Shown here: one piece after another, positions 1 through 8,781 of the stretch | Layout: each line of letters starts with the position of its first letter | Numbering within the stretch: the first letter of the stretch is position 1 | Notes under the pieces: generated by a model | Database searches by the model: none | The model's input: only the letters and a program-made list of their open reading frames with translations | What the model was told of the DNA's origin: nothing | Translations under genes and position numbers: made by a program | Virus record (IMG/VR): IMGVR_UViG_3300042264_000081 | From: a virus | Taxonomy: Duplodnaviria > Caudoviricetes | Strand: one strand, 5' to 3' | Length of the DNA: 42,992 nucleotides

Positions 1-192
1 TCAGGCCGCCCGCTTCCGCAGCTCCGCCGCCGCATAGTCGAGCAGGTCGCGCGCCATCTCGGCGGCCCGGACGGGCGAGATGGGGCGATGCAGGACGACG
101 TCGCCATCGCCGACGCGTAGCATCAGCCCGTGATCGGGATCGGTGATGAAGCCGGCGAAGGTGGCGCGGCGGATGCGGGGCGCGTCGGTCAC
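1..192 (-). CDS. hypothetical protein (63 aa)
   Basis: ORF overlapping the stop of the upstream gene, co-directional with the operon. Confidence 0.55.
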   Translation of the reverse strand: MTDAPRIRRATFAGFITDPDHGLMLRVGDGDVVLHRPISPVRAAEMARDLLDYAAAELRKRAA

Positions 193-479
193 GCGCTGCC
201 GTCCGTCGGGCCGATGGTGTCGGCCGGAACGAATGCTTCCACGAGCCCGGCACCGGCGGCGGCCTCGCGTACGGCCTGCCGGGTCTCCAGCAGCACGGCG
301 ACGCTGGCGCGCATCTCCTCGGCGCCTTGGGCGAACTCGGTCATATGGTCGAGCAGCCGGATGAGCAGGGCGTGCCGCCGCTTCTTCGGCATGCGGTCCC
401 AGGCGCCGGACGTGACCCAGCCCCGGTACGTGTCCAGGATGGCGATGGTTGCCGGAATGCCGTTCGGCTTCTCGGTCAC
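189..479 (-). CDS. hypothetical protein (96 aa)
   Basis: 4-nt overlaps with neighbours on both sides (translational coupling). Confidence 0.6.
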   Translation of the reverse strand: MTEKPNGIPATIAILDTYRGWVTSGAWDRMPKKRRHALLIRLLDHMTEFAQGAEEMRASVAVLLETRQAVREAAAGAGLVEAFVPADTIGPTDGSA

Positions 480-1090
480 GCCGCTTGCTCCCGCTCGGTC
501 CAGAACGGTTCGTCGTAGGTGGTCATCGCCAGGCCGCCGCGTCGGAGGCGTAGGTGGACGAGCCGGCCGCCGCTGGTGAAGGCGGAGCCGAACGCCTCCG
601 CGCCCCGTGCGTGCTGCGTGGCGGCAATGTCGATCATGGCGGCGTCCCGGCCGCCGAGAACATCGGCCTCGCCCCAGGCCGGCAGCCAGGGGTGCAGATA
701 GGCGCCCTCGATTTCGACGGCCTCATGGTCCCGTTCGTGGTCGACCAGCGCGGCGCGCATCCTGCGCAGGCTGGGGGACCATCCGGCGAGCACGACCGAG
801 CCCAGGGTCGTCGGGTCGCCCTTCGGCCGGCAGTGCTTGCGCAAGAAGCGCGGTGCATCCGCGATGAGGTCGTCCACGTCGGCCACGCCGCCCTCGGAGC
901 CCAGGTAGCGGTGCAGCAGCGCCAGGAAGGGCCCGTAGGCGCCGACGCCGGCCATCGCAGCCCCCAGGTGCGGCAGCATCGCCGACTTCCCCATGTGAGG
1001 CCCGATGCCCGGCGTACCGATCATGACGGAAGCCGAATCGTGCTGGATCAGGATCTCGCGCTCGTCGGCGACGACGTTCAGGATCGACAT
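476..1090 (-). CDS. hypothetical protein, possibly Ntn-hydrolase/proteasome-beta-like fold
   Basis: GAGGGG RBS; N-terminus MSILNV...ILIQHDS...K...AAMAGVG resembles the Ntn-hydrolase pattern (by eye only). Confidence 0.5.
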   Translation of the reverse strand: MSILNVVADEREILIQHDSASVMIGTPGIGPHMGKSAMLPHLGAAMAGVGAYGPFLALLHRYLGSEGGVADVDDLIADAPRFLRKHCRPKGDPTTLGSVVLAGWSPSLRRMRAALVDHERDHEAVEIEGAYLHPWLPAWGEADVLGGRDAAMIDIAATQHARGAEAFGSAFTSGGRLVHLRLRRGGLAMTTYDEPFWTEREQAA

Positions 1091-1248
1091 GGGGGCCCCT
1101 CCTGCCGCGGCACCAGCCGGCCAGCGCCGGCTACGTACGGGATAGCAGCCGTGGTGAGAGCGGCTCCGATAGCCCCGAGGATTCCGGGGATCGAAGCGCC
1201 GACGATCGTTCCGGCTGCGGCGGCGACAAGTCCGATTGCTGGCGGCAT
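1078..1248 (-). CDS. small hydrophobic protein (56 aa), possibly the remnant N-terminus of a tail-tip gene
   Basis: Not in ORF track; AGGAGA RBS; MPPAIGLVAAAAGTIVGASIPGILGAIGAALTTAAIPY...; lies directly after the tape measure gene. Confidence 0.45.
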   Translation of the reverse strand: MPPAIGLVAAAAGTIVGASIPGILGAIGAALTTAAIPYVAGAGRLVPRQEGPPCRS

Positions 1249-1256
1249 GACTTCTC

Positions 1257-3545
1257 CTATCGCACCGGCACGCGGCGGGACCGCTCGAATTTGTCGAGCG
1301 TGTTCGCCATGGCCCGCTTCACGATGCCGGGCGTCGCCAGGGCGATGCCGCGTGCAACCGCCGCCTCGACTGCGCCGGGGTCGTTCGCGCCGCGGGCGTC
1401 CACGGTGTAGTAGCTGATCGTGTCGCCGCCCCGACTCGCCTCCGGAGCGGCCACTCGCGGCGCCGAGAGCGCGCGCACGCCGAGATGGCCGGACGGGCTG
1501 CGGGTGAGCGGCATCACCGCCTCCGGGCCCGCCTCACCCATCAGGCCCATCCCCTTGGCCATCGGGAACAGCGTCGGCCGATCGACGATGCCGCCGGTCG
1601 CGAAGGGCGTGATCTCCATGCCGCGGTCGAAGGCGCCGCCCATGGCGAAGCCGCCGCCGGGGATGCCGGCCGATGCCGCGTCGCCAATCATGCTGCCGCC
1701 GAAACCGAACGTACCGCCGCCGGCTCCGCCGCCGAACATGCCGCCGAAGGCGCTGCCCAGAATGCCGCCGATGCTGTCGAGCGTCGGCGCGTTGGTGCCG
1801 AACAGCGCGTTCTTCAGCGGGTTGATCGCGGCCAGCCGGAACATCTCCTGCCCGATCTCCGAGAGCACGCCGAGCCACACGTCCTTCATGTCGATCGCGC
1901 CGGCCTTGCCCTCCAACGCCATTCGCGTCGCGGCCTCGCCGATCCGGTCGAAGGCGCGCTCGCCGAACTGCCCGAGGTAGTTGAGCGCGTCCGCCGATGC
2001 CTTCGCCTGGAACTCCAGATCGGCCAGTTCGGCCGCGGCATCGAGACGGCCGCGGAATGTGACGTCGTCCGGCCTCACGCCCTCCGAGCGGAGCCTCGCG
2101 CCCTCGTCGTAGGTCGCGGTGAGGATGGCCTGGTCCCGTGCGCCGAGACCGGATATCGCCTGCCGAGCGCGGGTGCGGGCGATGTCGGCCTGGATCGCCT
2201 CGAGCCGCTGCTGGCTGGCGCTCGACGCCGCAAGGTCGCGCTGCGCGTCGATCTGCTCTCGGATCAGAGAGATCTGATCCTCGGTCAAGAGGTTGCCCTC
2301 GCGCATCGCGACGTTCATCGCCCGCTGCACGGCCTCGACCCTGGCGCGCTCGTCGCTGTCGAGCCGCAGAAGCTCGGTCTGCTGCTTCAGCGTGCCGATG
2401 TACTCCGTCACACCGTCGACCAGAAGGTCCGCTTCCTCTTTCTGCCTACGCGTGCTCTTTGCCGCGCGGTCGGAAGCGTTGCCGAACTCGCCGACGCCCT
2501 GCTCAGCTTCGGCGAGCCCCAGGCGGGCCTTTGTCGCGGCCGTCTCCAATGCCTCGATCGTCTTCCGCAGGGAGTCGATTTCGACGCCGACCTGCGTGTA
2601 GGTGTCGGACGTGTCGCCGGGCGAAGCGGCATCGAACCGGCCCAGGGAGCGGATGCCCTGTAGCTGGGCCATCTGGGCTTGCGCCGCGGTCATAGCGGCC
2701 TCCGCTTGGTCGGCCGCCGCGCGCCGGGCCTCAATCGCCTGCTGCCGTTGAGCGGTCGCCAGTTCCTTCGCAGCCTTCGCCGCGTCGCCGGTCAGCTGGT
2801 TGGCGAGCCGCATGGTGCTGGAATAGTCGTCCAGTGCGTTCTTCGCCTTGTTCGATCCGTCCTCCGTGTCCATCAGCCCCACGGCCAGGGCGCCGACCAC
2901 CGTGACGGCCGCGCCGATCACCGCGCCCCACGGCCCGAACGCGCCGAGAAGCTGGCCACCCTGCACCGCAAGGGCCTGCATGGCGTTCCCACCCATGCTT
3001 ACTTGCGTCGCGAGGTCACCGATCTGAAAGCCGGCCTGCTGCGCCACGGTGCCGAACCTGCTGGTCGAGCGCCCTGCATTGTCGTTGGCCGCGGAAAAGG
3101 CGGTGATCGGTGCCGCAGCCGTGCGAGCGCGCTGCGCCAGCCCTTCATATCGGTTCTGAAGCTGCAGGAGGAGGCGCGACTTCTCCTCCTCGGCAATGAG
3201 TCCCTGGCGGAAGGCGCGGTCCAGAACGTCGGTCTGCTGCGTCAATCGCTGCTGCGCCCGATAGAGCGGATCTGCCTGCGCTTTCACCCGCTCCAGCGCC
3301 CGCTCGACGGCGGTCGAACTGGTGCCGACGCGCTCCATGGTGATCACCAGCGGGTCGGCCGCCTGCCGCGCCTTGGCGGCGGCGTCGGCCTCGTCGCGGA
3401 GCGCCACGTTCAAGCCCGTGACGGCCTGCGCCCCACGTTCGGCGCCGGCGGCGGCCCGGTCCACCGCGGCCGTAAAGGCCTGCGCCCCCGCTTCGGCGCC
3501 TCGCGCGTCGATCGTCAGGTCGAGAATTTCGACGGCCTGGTTCAT
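1257..3545 (-). CDS. phage tail tape measure protein (lambda-like)
   Basis: Ala-rich coiled coil; QQAGFQIGDLATQV...QGGQLLGAFGPWGA motif; C-terminal FATGGIVDRPTLF...GEAGPEAVMPL motif. Confidence 0.9.
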   Translation of the reverse strand: MNQAVEILDLTIDARGAEAGAQAFTAAVDRAAAGAERGAQAVTGLNVALRDEADAAAKARQAADPLVITMERVGTSSTAVERALERVKAQADPLYRAQQRLTQQTDVLDRAFRQGLIAEEEKSRLLLQLQNRYEGLAQRARTAAAPITAFSAANDNAGRSTSRFGTVAQQAGFQIGDLATQVSMGGNAMQALAVQGGQLLGAFGPWGAVIGAAVTVVGALAVGLMDTEDGSNKAKNALDDYSSTMRLANQLTGDAAKAAKELATAQRQQAIEARRAAADQAEAAMTAAQAQMAQLQGIRSLGRFDAASPGDTSDTYTQVGVEIDSLRKTIEALETAATKARLGLAEAEQGVGEFGNASDRAAKSTRRQKEEADLLVDGVTEYIGTLKQQTELLRLDSDERARVEAVQRAMNVAMREGNLLTEDQISLIREQIDAQRDLAASSASQQRLEAIQADIARTRARQAISGLGARDQAILTATYDEGARLRSEGVRPDDVTFRGRLDAAAELADLEFQAKASADALNYLGQFGERAFDRIGEAATRMALEGKAGAIDMKDVWLGVLSEIGQEMFRLAAINPLKNALFGTNAPTLDSIGGILGSAFGGMFGGGAGGGTFGFGGSMIGDAASAGIPGGGFAMGGAFDRGMEITPFATGGIVDRPTLFPMAKGMGLMGEAGPEAVMPLTRSPSGHLGVRALSAPRVAAPEASRGGDTISYYTVDARGANDPGAVEAAVARGIALATPGIVKRAMANTLDKFERSRRVPVR

Positions 3546-3558
3546 GCTGGGTGCCCTC

Positions 3559-3921
3559 TTAGTGCAACTTCATCGAAGGCGCATCGGGCGCCGCGAAGTA
3601 CCGGGCGACGGCGCCGATGATCATCTCGGCTTCCTCTTGGTACACCTCGCGGCCCAGCTCCGCGGCCAGGAGGTCGAGCGCCCGCCCGACCGTTTGCATC
3701 GCCTCCTCGCCATGCGCCATCGCGAGGTCGAAGAGCGTGTCCTTCATGTCCTCCGCCCATGTCGCGCCGCCGGCCGGGTTCGGAGCCCGGCCGGCCGCGT
3801 CGGTGCGCGCCACGGCGGCCCCGGAGCGTTGTCCGCCCGCACGCTGTTGGCTGTTGTTCGATGAGCCGCGGTCACCTGCCAACTGGACCGCGCCGGGTCG
3901 CACACCGGACTTGCTGCTCAT
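3559..3921 (-). CDS. hypothetical protein (120 aa)
   Basis: Coupled to the upstream ORF; immediately precedes the tape measure gene. Confidence 0.6.
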   Translation of the reverse strand: MSSKSGVRPGAVQLAGDRGSSNNSQQRAGGQRSGAAVARTDAAGRAPNPAGGATWAEDMKDTLFDLAMAHGEEAMQTVGRALDLLAAELGREVYQEEAEMIIGAVARYFAAPDAPSMKLH

Positions 3922-4121
3922 TCCTTGGTCGTCCTTCGCCCGATCCGCTTCGCCGGCTTGGCGGCGGCGTTCTCGCGCGCCGCCTTGGCGCCTGCCGCCG
4001 CCGCGGCCGGATCGATACCGACGGCCCGCTCGGCGGTCGCGAGCCTCGCCTCGACGTCGAGCAGGCGATCGGTCAGTGCTCCCACCAGCGCCGTAAGGCG
4101 GCTGTTCAGGTCACCGGCCAT
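3918..4121 (-). CDS. small coiled-coil protein
   Basis: Start reassigned to MAGDLNSRL; coupled overlap with the next gene. Confidence 0.55.
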   Translation of the reverse strand: MAGDLNSRLTALVGALTDRLLDVEARLATAERAVGIDPAAAAAGAKAARENAAAKPAKRIGRRTTKE

Positions 4122-4290
4122 CTGGTGCCGCCGCCGGCCGGGATGCCGCGCCGTGCTGCGCCTCAAGCTTGGCGAGGATTTCAGCCGATTCGGGCGTGAG
4201 CCCGATGGCCTCCTCCAGCGCCTTGATGCGGACGACCATGTCGGTCATCTCCGCCCAGATCTTCGCCTCTCCGCTCAGTCGTTTGGTCAC
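4111..4290 (-). CDS. small coiled-coil protein
   Basis: GTG overlaps the stop of the protease gene; this is the C-terminal part of track ORF 4111..5043. Confidence 0.5.
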   Translation of the reverse strand: MTKRLSGEAKIWAEMTDMVVRIKALEEAIGLTPESAEILAKLEAQHGAASRPAAAPDGR

Positions 4291-4967
4291 GCCTTCACCT
4301 CGTCCACGAGCCCCAGATTGTGCGCCTGCACGGCAGTCAGCTCGGCTCCGCGCGCCACGCACTGCGCCACCGCCGATTTCGGCATGCCGGTGCCCGCCAG
4401 GGCCGCGGCGATGCGCTGGTCGGCGGCGGCGGTCAGGTTCGCGAGCGCCGTGAGCCGCGCGGCGGTCATCCGGCCGCGGGGCGGGTCGAGCGTGGCATGA
4501 TGCAGGAGAAGTCGCGCGCCGGGTGCGGCCGTGCGCCGGTCGGCGGCGGCGAGGATCAGCCCCGCGGCCGAGTGCGCCTTGATCGGGACGTGAGCCTCGA
4601 CGGCGCCGCGATGGGCGCGGATGCGGGCGGCGATCCGCTCGGCCTCCACGACGCTGCCGCCTTCGGACGTGAGCCGGATCCGGAAGCCAGCCTGCGGCCC
4701 GATGCCGGCCAAGAACTTCTCGACACGCGCGAGGCTGATAGGGCAGTCGGGGCCGATCTCGCCGGCCAGGCGCAGCACCGGAGCCGATGCCGGGAGCGCC
4801 GATGCGAGCGTGCACCGGACGGCGGCGAGCGTCGCTGCGGCTCGGTCCTTCGGCGACGTCAGCCCCAGGCGGCGGGCAAGGATCTCCGGCACGCCGCCGA
4901 TCGGCACGCCCACCGCCGCCGCCGGCATCCTCGCCGCGAGCCGCGACATGATCGCGGGCGTCGTCAC
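4287..4967 (-). CDS. ClpP-like (S14) serine protease, prohead-protease type
   Basis: LTSEGGSVVEA, AHSAAGLILAAAD (catalytic Ser) and LLLHHA (His) motifs. Confidence 0.8.
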   Translation of the reverse strand: MTTPAIMSRLAARMPAAAVGVPIGGVPEILARRLGLTSPKDRAAATLAAVRCTLASALPASAPVLRLAGEIGPDCPISLARVEKFLAGIGPQAGFRIRLTSEGGSVVEAERIAARIRAHRGAVEAHVPIKAHSAAGLILAAADRRTAAPGARLLLHHATLDPPRGRMTAARLTALANLTAAADQRIAAALAGTGMPKSAVAQCVARGAELTAVQAHNLGLVDEVKA

Positions 4968-5497
4968 TTCGCCCTCGCGGCGGCACGGCGGGCGGCGTTC
5001 TCCAGCGCGCCAAGCCCCTGCGGGATGCGCCAGTGCCGATCACGGGCGCCGCCGATCGGCCGGTTGATTTCGACTTCGGCCGCCTCCAGCGTGGTCAGGG
5101 CCGCCGTCAATTCGGCGATGGCGCGGACCGCGACGGTAGCAGCCTGGCGCATCGCCGGCTCCAGCGCCTTGCGCACCCGGGCTGCATGCTCCCGACGAAG
5201 CGCCAGCAGCGCCGGGCGGGCGGCGTTGATCTGCCGCTCCAGTTCGAGGCGGGCGGCTTCCAACTCGGCGATGCGCACTTCCGCGGCCCGGCCGGTGCGC
5301 ATGTCGCCGCGGTTGCCTACCAGTGCCCGCGCCTCTTCGTGAGCCAGTTCGCGCGCATCGCGAAGCCGGCGGCTATTCGCTTCGGCCTCGATCAGGGCGG
5401 CGGGCCGCTTCACGCTTGCGGCGATGGCGGCCGGCGACGGCGCGTCGATCGCAGGGTCGACGGCGATGTCGGGAAGGCGGTTGCGGTCGAACATCAT
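4964..5497 (-). CDS. coiled-coil hypothetical protein
   Basis: GAAGGAG RBS before MMFDRNRLPD; the real gene is the 3' part of track ORF 4964..6469. Confidence 0.65.
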   Translation of the reverse strand: MMFDRNRLPDIAVDPAIDAPSPAAIAASVKRPAALIEAEANSRRLRDARELAHEEARALVGNRGDMRTGRAAEVRIAELEAARLELERQINAARPALLALRREHAARVRKALEPAMRQAATVAVRAIAELTAALTTLEAAEVEINRPIGGARDRHWRIPQGLGALENAARRAAARAK

Positions 5498-5558
5498 GTG
5501 GCTCTCCTTCGATGCAGCCGATTGGAGCACGCGCGCGCGGCAGCGGCCCGTAACGACG

Positions 5559-5768
5559 TTACTTTTCGTGTCGGATCGCCTGCGCGACGAGGTCGGCCAC
5601 GGCCTGCGCCACGAGCGCCGGCCGCAGGACTTCGGCTTCGGTGAGCCGCCCCGTGGACACGAGGAAGTCGGCCAGCGCGAACTCGTCCACCTCGATGCGG
5701 ATGCAGACGAGCCCCAGGGCATCGCGCATCCGATGGCGCGCCTGCCGCTCGGCGTTGGTGAGCGGCAT
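5559..5768 (-). CDS. small basic DNA-binding-like protein
   Basis: MPLTNAERQARHR motif common in small phage proteins; GGGAG RBS. Confidence 0.6.
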   Translation of the reverse strand: MPLTNAERQARHRMRDALGLVCIRIEVDEFALADFLVSTGRLTEAEVLRPALVAQAVADLVAQAIRHEK

Positions 5769-5772
5769 GGCG

Positions 5773-6069
5773 TCATAGCTCCCACTGCTCGATGCCGAGC
5801 CGGTCGCATAGCGCGATCAGGTCGCGCCGCGCGTCGCGCTCGATCGCGATCTCCGGCCGCGGCCTTGGGTTGCCAGCGCGGTCGACGTGGACCAGCCCAT
5901 GCTCGGCGAGAGCGGCCCGCGCGGCGGCGATCCTGTCCAGCAGCTCCGCCGCCAGCGTGAGAATCGCCTCGCCGCCGGGGCGGACGTCGTGCTCCCGGCA
6001 GATCCGGGCGAACCATGCTGCAGCGGCCGGCGAGAGGTGCGCGGGCGGCTTCGGGCGACGGATGCTCAT
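5773..6069 (-). CDS. terS: terminase small subunit, P27 family
   Basis: PKPPAHLSPAAAAWF...EHGL...GNPRPRPEIAIE...RLGI signature; start reassigned to MSIRRPKPP. Confidence 0.8.
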   Translation of the reverse strand: MSIRRPKPPAHLSPAAAAWFARICREHDVRPGGEAILTLAAELLDRIAAARAALAEHGLVHVDRAGNPRPRPEIAIERDARRDLIALCDRLGIEQWEL

Positions 6070-6284
6070 GGGGTGCGTCTCCGGCATGAGATGGCGCGCC
6101 GACGGCCGCATAGGGCGCGGATCGGCGCAGTGATTGATTTCCGATGCAGTGTCGCGACGGGCGGGCAGATGCGGCCCCATGCGCCAGATTGGCGGATTTG
6201 TGCGGTTCCGCGGCGGGCGAGTGCGCCTCGATGCGGCCGGAAGTGCCGAGTTTTTCGGCCGAAACGACCAATTTCCGGCAAAAT

Positions 6285-6375
6285 ATCGGCGGCGAAAATA
6301 AAATGCGTGGATGAGCCCACACCGGTTGGCAAGGTAGCCGGCCCCAGGTCTTCACCCGCCCCCGGGCCCCCTGCA
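6285..6375 (-). other. probable cos/packaging region
   Basis: Non-coding, upstream of terS; minus strand reads GGGGCCCGGGGGCGGGTGAAGACC...CACGCATTTTATTTT, the layout usual for cos regions of HK97-type phages. Confidence 0.5.
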
Positions 6376-6568
6376 GCCGCCGGTCGGCGCCCATGGCCTC
6401 CGCAGCCTCGGCCGATTGCAGGTTGGGCAAGCCGAAGCGCCAATCTGCAATTCCGCGTGCCGAAGCCACATTGAGCAGCCCAGAATGTTAATCTGGCTTT
6501 GCGGAAGATTTCCCACCCGCCGGTTCGCGCCCTTCGGCACCCCAGACTCTGCCCTGCCCCCGGCCCGG

Positions 6569-6766
6569 TCATCGCCGCCGGTCCTGGTCGTCGCTGCCCT
6601 GGTGCTCGGCCTGGTCGAGCATGTCGAACTGCGCCGGCTCGGCGTCGGTCGGCTCGGTCGTCGGCCGGACCGCGATCGGCGCCTGCGCGTTGCGCCATGC
6701 GGCCATCAGGCGGCGGCTCGCGCGGGTGCGGTTCGACGTGGCCATCAGGGTGCGGCGGGCCTTCAT
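6569..6766 (-). CDS. hypothetical protein (65 aa)
   Basis: Co-directional ORF after the replication module. Confidence 0.4.
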   Translation of the reverse strand: MKARRTLMATSNRTRASRRLMAAWRNAQAPIAVRPTTEPTDAEPAQFDMLDQAEHQGSDDQDRRR

Positions 6767-6776
6767 CGGCGTGCCA

Positions 6777-7625
6777 TCAGCCGGCCGCCATCATGGCGCG
6801 CCGGCGCCTCATGTCGCGGAGCTTGGGCGGAAGTTCCGCATCCCACTCCGCCTGCGTCTTCCCGTGGGCCAGCATGCACGCGCGGTCCGCGCCGGTCAGC
6901 CGCTCGGCGCGGATCCGGTCGAGCCGGGCCCGTAGCTCATCCTCCCCGATCTCGCGGGCGTGGGCCTCGTACTGCCATGCCGTCCGCTGCGGGCTCTCCT
7001 CGCCGACGAGGTATGGCCGCCACCGCTTCACGGCGTCCTCGACGTGCCGTGCAAGCCGCGCATCGGCCCGCGCCAGCGCTTCGGCCCTCGACGTCACGCC
7101 GAGCGCATCGGCGTCGGCGATCGCCTTGAGCTTGGCGCCGAGTCCCTCGGTCATATCGCGCCAGGAGAACATCTCGTCGTGGATCTTCTCGAGCAGCTCG
7201 CTCAGCCGCGGCCAGAACTTCTCGGTGCGCAGCCAGGACTGGCACGCCGCGGCGAGTGCCCATGTGGGGAAGCGCTGCAGCTCGTCGATCAGGTCAGCCG
7301 CGACCAACTGCATGCCCTGCTCATCAAGGTCCCGGCGCGGGAAGTGCAGTGCGAGGCGCGCCAACTGCGCCGCGACGAACTCCCGGCCGGCGGGTGCCCG
7401 GTTGGCCTCCAGCCACCGTGCGGCGTCCTCGGCGTCGGCGCGAACCGCTTCCGTGATCGGCTGCACCGGCAGATGCCCGAATGCGCGCATCGCCAGTTCG
7501 CCCGTCGGCGTAGTCGCCGACCAGTGAGTGCTCTCAATCTCGACGGCGAGCAGCCGCTGCGCCGAAGGCGGCAAAGAGCCCGGCCGTACCGCCAGAGGTC
7601 CGCCGGGCAGGGCGAGTGCGTGCAT
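6777..7625 (-). CDS. replication-associated protein (helicase loader/inhibitor-like)
   Basis: Follows the initiator; L..FP.WAL..AC..W....KFWP...EL motif; start uncertain. Confidence 0.55.
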   Translation of the reverse strand: MHALALPGGPLAVRPGSLPPSAQRLLAVEIESTHWSATTPTGELAMRAFGHLPVQPITEAVRADAEDAARWLEANRAPAGREFVAAQLARLALHFPRRDLDEQGMQLVAADLIDELQRFPTWALAAACQSWLRTEKFWPRLSELLEKIHDEMFSWRDMTEGLGAKLKAIADADALGVTSRAEALARADARLARHVEDAVKRWRPYLVGEESPQRTAWQYEAHAREIGEDELRARLDRIRAERLTGADRACMLAHGKTQAEWDAELPPKLRDMRRRRAMMAAG

Positions 7626-8295
7626 CTTCCAAGTCCTTCCGGATCCAGTTGCGCCATGTCGCCGACCAATCGGCCTTCACGCCCTTCGCTCCGGAAGCGG
7701 CAAGCCAGTGGTCGCGGAAGCGGTCCCAGGCTGCGCCCGGGTCGCGGTGGCCCTGCTCGATGGCCCAAGCGGACCACTCGTCGGGCAAATCCATATCGGG
7801 GGGAATGCGGGTGCCGCGGGGCGCGGAAGCGCCCTCTCTCATAGGCGGTTTACTAGGCGGTTTACTATAAGAGGTCTTGGCGGAACGGCTGTTCCTGTTC
7901 TCCCGGAACGGCTGTTCCTGTTCTCTGGAACGGCTGTTCCTGTTCTCTGCTGGAGATGAGGAACCGTCGTTCCTGTTTAGGGGGCGGTAAGATAGGGAAC
8001 CGTCGTTCCTGTTCTCCATGTTCGGGACGTAGTGGCTGGAGACGCCTGGACCGCGCCCACGCCTCACCTGACTGAACCAGCCGCCAGCTATCAGACGTTG
8101 CACCGCACTGCGCACGGCGCGATCGGTTACGCCGATTTGCAGGGCAAGCCATTCCTGCGACGGCCAGGCGAAGCCCTCCGCAGCGTCGTACTTGTCGAGC
8201 AGCATGAAGGCGACGCGGCGGTCTATGTCGCCGAGATCCGGATCAAGCTGGACGCGCTGAATGAACCGCCATTGGGCGAGCAGGGTGTGCGCCAT
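7534..8295 (-). CDS. HTH replication initiator (lambda O-like organisation)
   Basis: AWPSQEWLA..IGVTDRAVRSAVQRL wHTH; central repeats; C-terminal FRDHW...KADWSATWRNW domain. Confidence 0.8.
   Translation of the reverse strand: MAHTLLAQWRFIQRVQLDPDLGDIDRRVAFMLLDKYDAAEGFAWPSQEWLALQIGVTDRAVRSAVQRLIAGGWFSQVRRGRGPGVSSHYVPNMENRNDGSLSYRPLNRNDGSSSPAENRNSRSREQEQPFRENRNSRSAKTSYSKPPSKPPMREGASAPRGTRIPPDMDLPDEWSAWAIEQGHRDPGAAWDRFRDHWLAASGAKGVKADWSATWRNWIRKDLEDARTRPARRTSGGTAGLFAAFGAAAARRRD
7882..8016. repeat. five iterons inside the rep gene (probable origin)
   Basis: GGAAC-N4-GTTCCTGTT copies at 7882, 7905, 7927, 7960 and 7996. Confidence 0.8.
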
Positions 8296-8298
8296 CGG

Positions 8299-8493
8299 CT
8301 ACGCCGCTCCGCCGGGTCCAAGGCCGAAGCTACGGCGCGACCATGCGCCTTGCGGTTGGCGCGCCTCGGTGGCATTTTCCGGAGCGTCGAGCTTGCCCGC
8401 GTCGACTTTTCCGAAGCGCTCCCGGGGACGGCGGTCCCGCGGGGGCGCTTTCTGTTTTGGGCCCACCTCAGGCAGCCGCGGGCGCGGCACCAT
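8299..8493 (-). CDS. hypothetical protein (64 aa)
   Basis: Fills the gap between xis and rep; low complexity. Confidence 0.35.
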   Translation of the reverse strand: MVPRPRLPEVGPKQKAPPRDRRPRERFGKVDAGKLDAPENATEARQPQGAWSRRSFGLGPGGAA

Positions 8494-8656
8494 TGATCAT
8501 TCGCTCAAGCTGAAGTCGCGGCACGAGGATTTTCCGGCCGATGCGGATATGCGGCACCTCGCCCCGCGCGATGGCCTCATAGATGCCATTGCGAGATAGG
8601 CGGAGGATCTGGCGCGCCTCCTCCGGGGTATAGAGTGCGGTGTTGTTCTCGCTCAC
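8468..8656 (-). CDS. xis: excisionase/AlpA-like HTH_17 protein
   Basis: YTPEEARQILRLSRNGIYEAIARGEVPHIRIGRKILVPR; AGGAG RBS; divergent from the repressor. Confidence 0.85.
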   Translation of the reverse strand: MSENNTALYTPEEARQILRLSRNGIYEAIARGEVPHIRIGRKILVPRLQLERMINGAAPAAA

Positions 8657-8674
8657 CTGCCATCTCCTGTTTAA

Positions 8675-8757
8675 TCACGCGAAAACCCGTGACTTAATCA
8701 CCGTTACCACGCCACCCCGTCCTTGACAAAGGTTTTTTCACGGGATATCACGTGACT
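8675..8757. promoter_or_regulatory. divergent control region with two palindromic operators and a sigma70 promoter
   Basis: TCACG-N8-CGTGACT at 8675 and 8738; TTGACA (8723)-17 nt-TATCAC (8746) overlaps the second operator. Confidence 0.7.
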
Positions 8758-8781
8758 AAATCGGATAAGAAGGGATGGCAG

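Noticed and set aside
4964-6469. 501-aa ORF as one gene
   Set aside because: Its 5' part overlaps terS, the 5559 ORF and the cos region; the good RBS and start are at 5497
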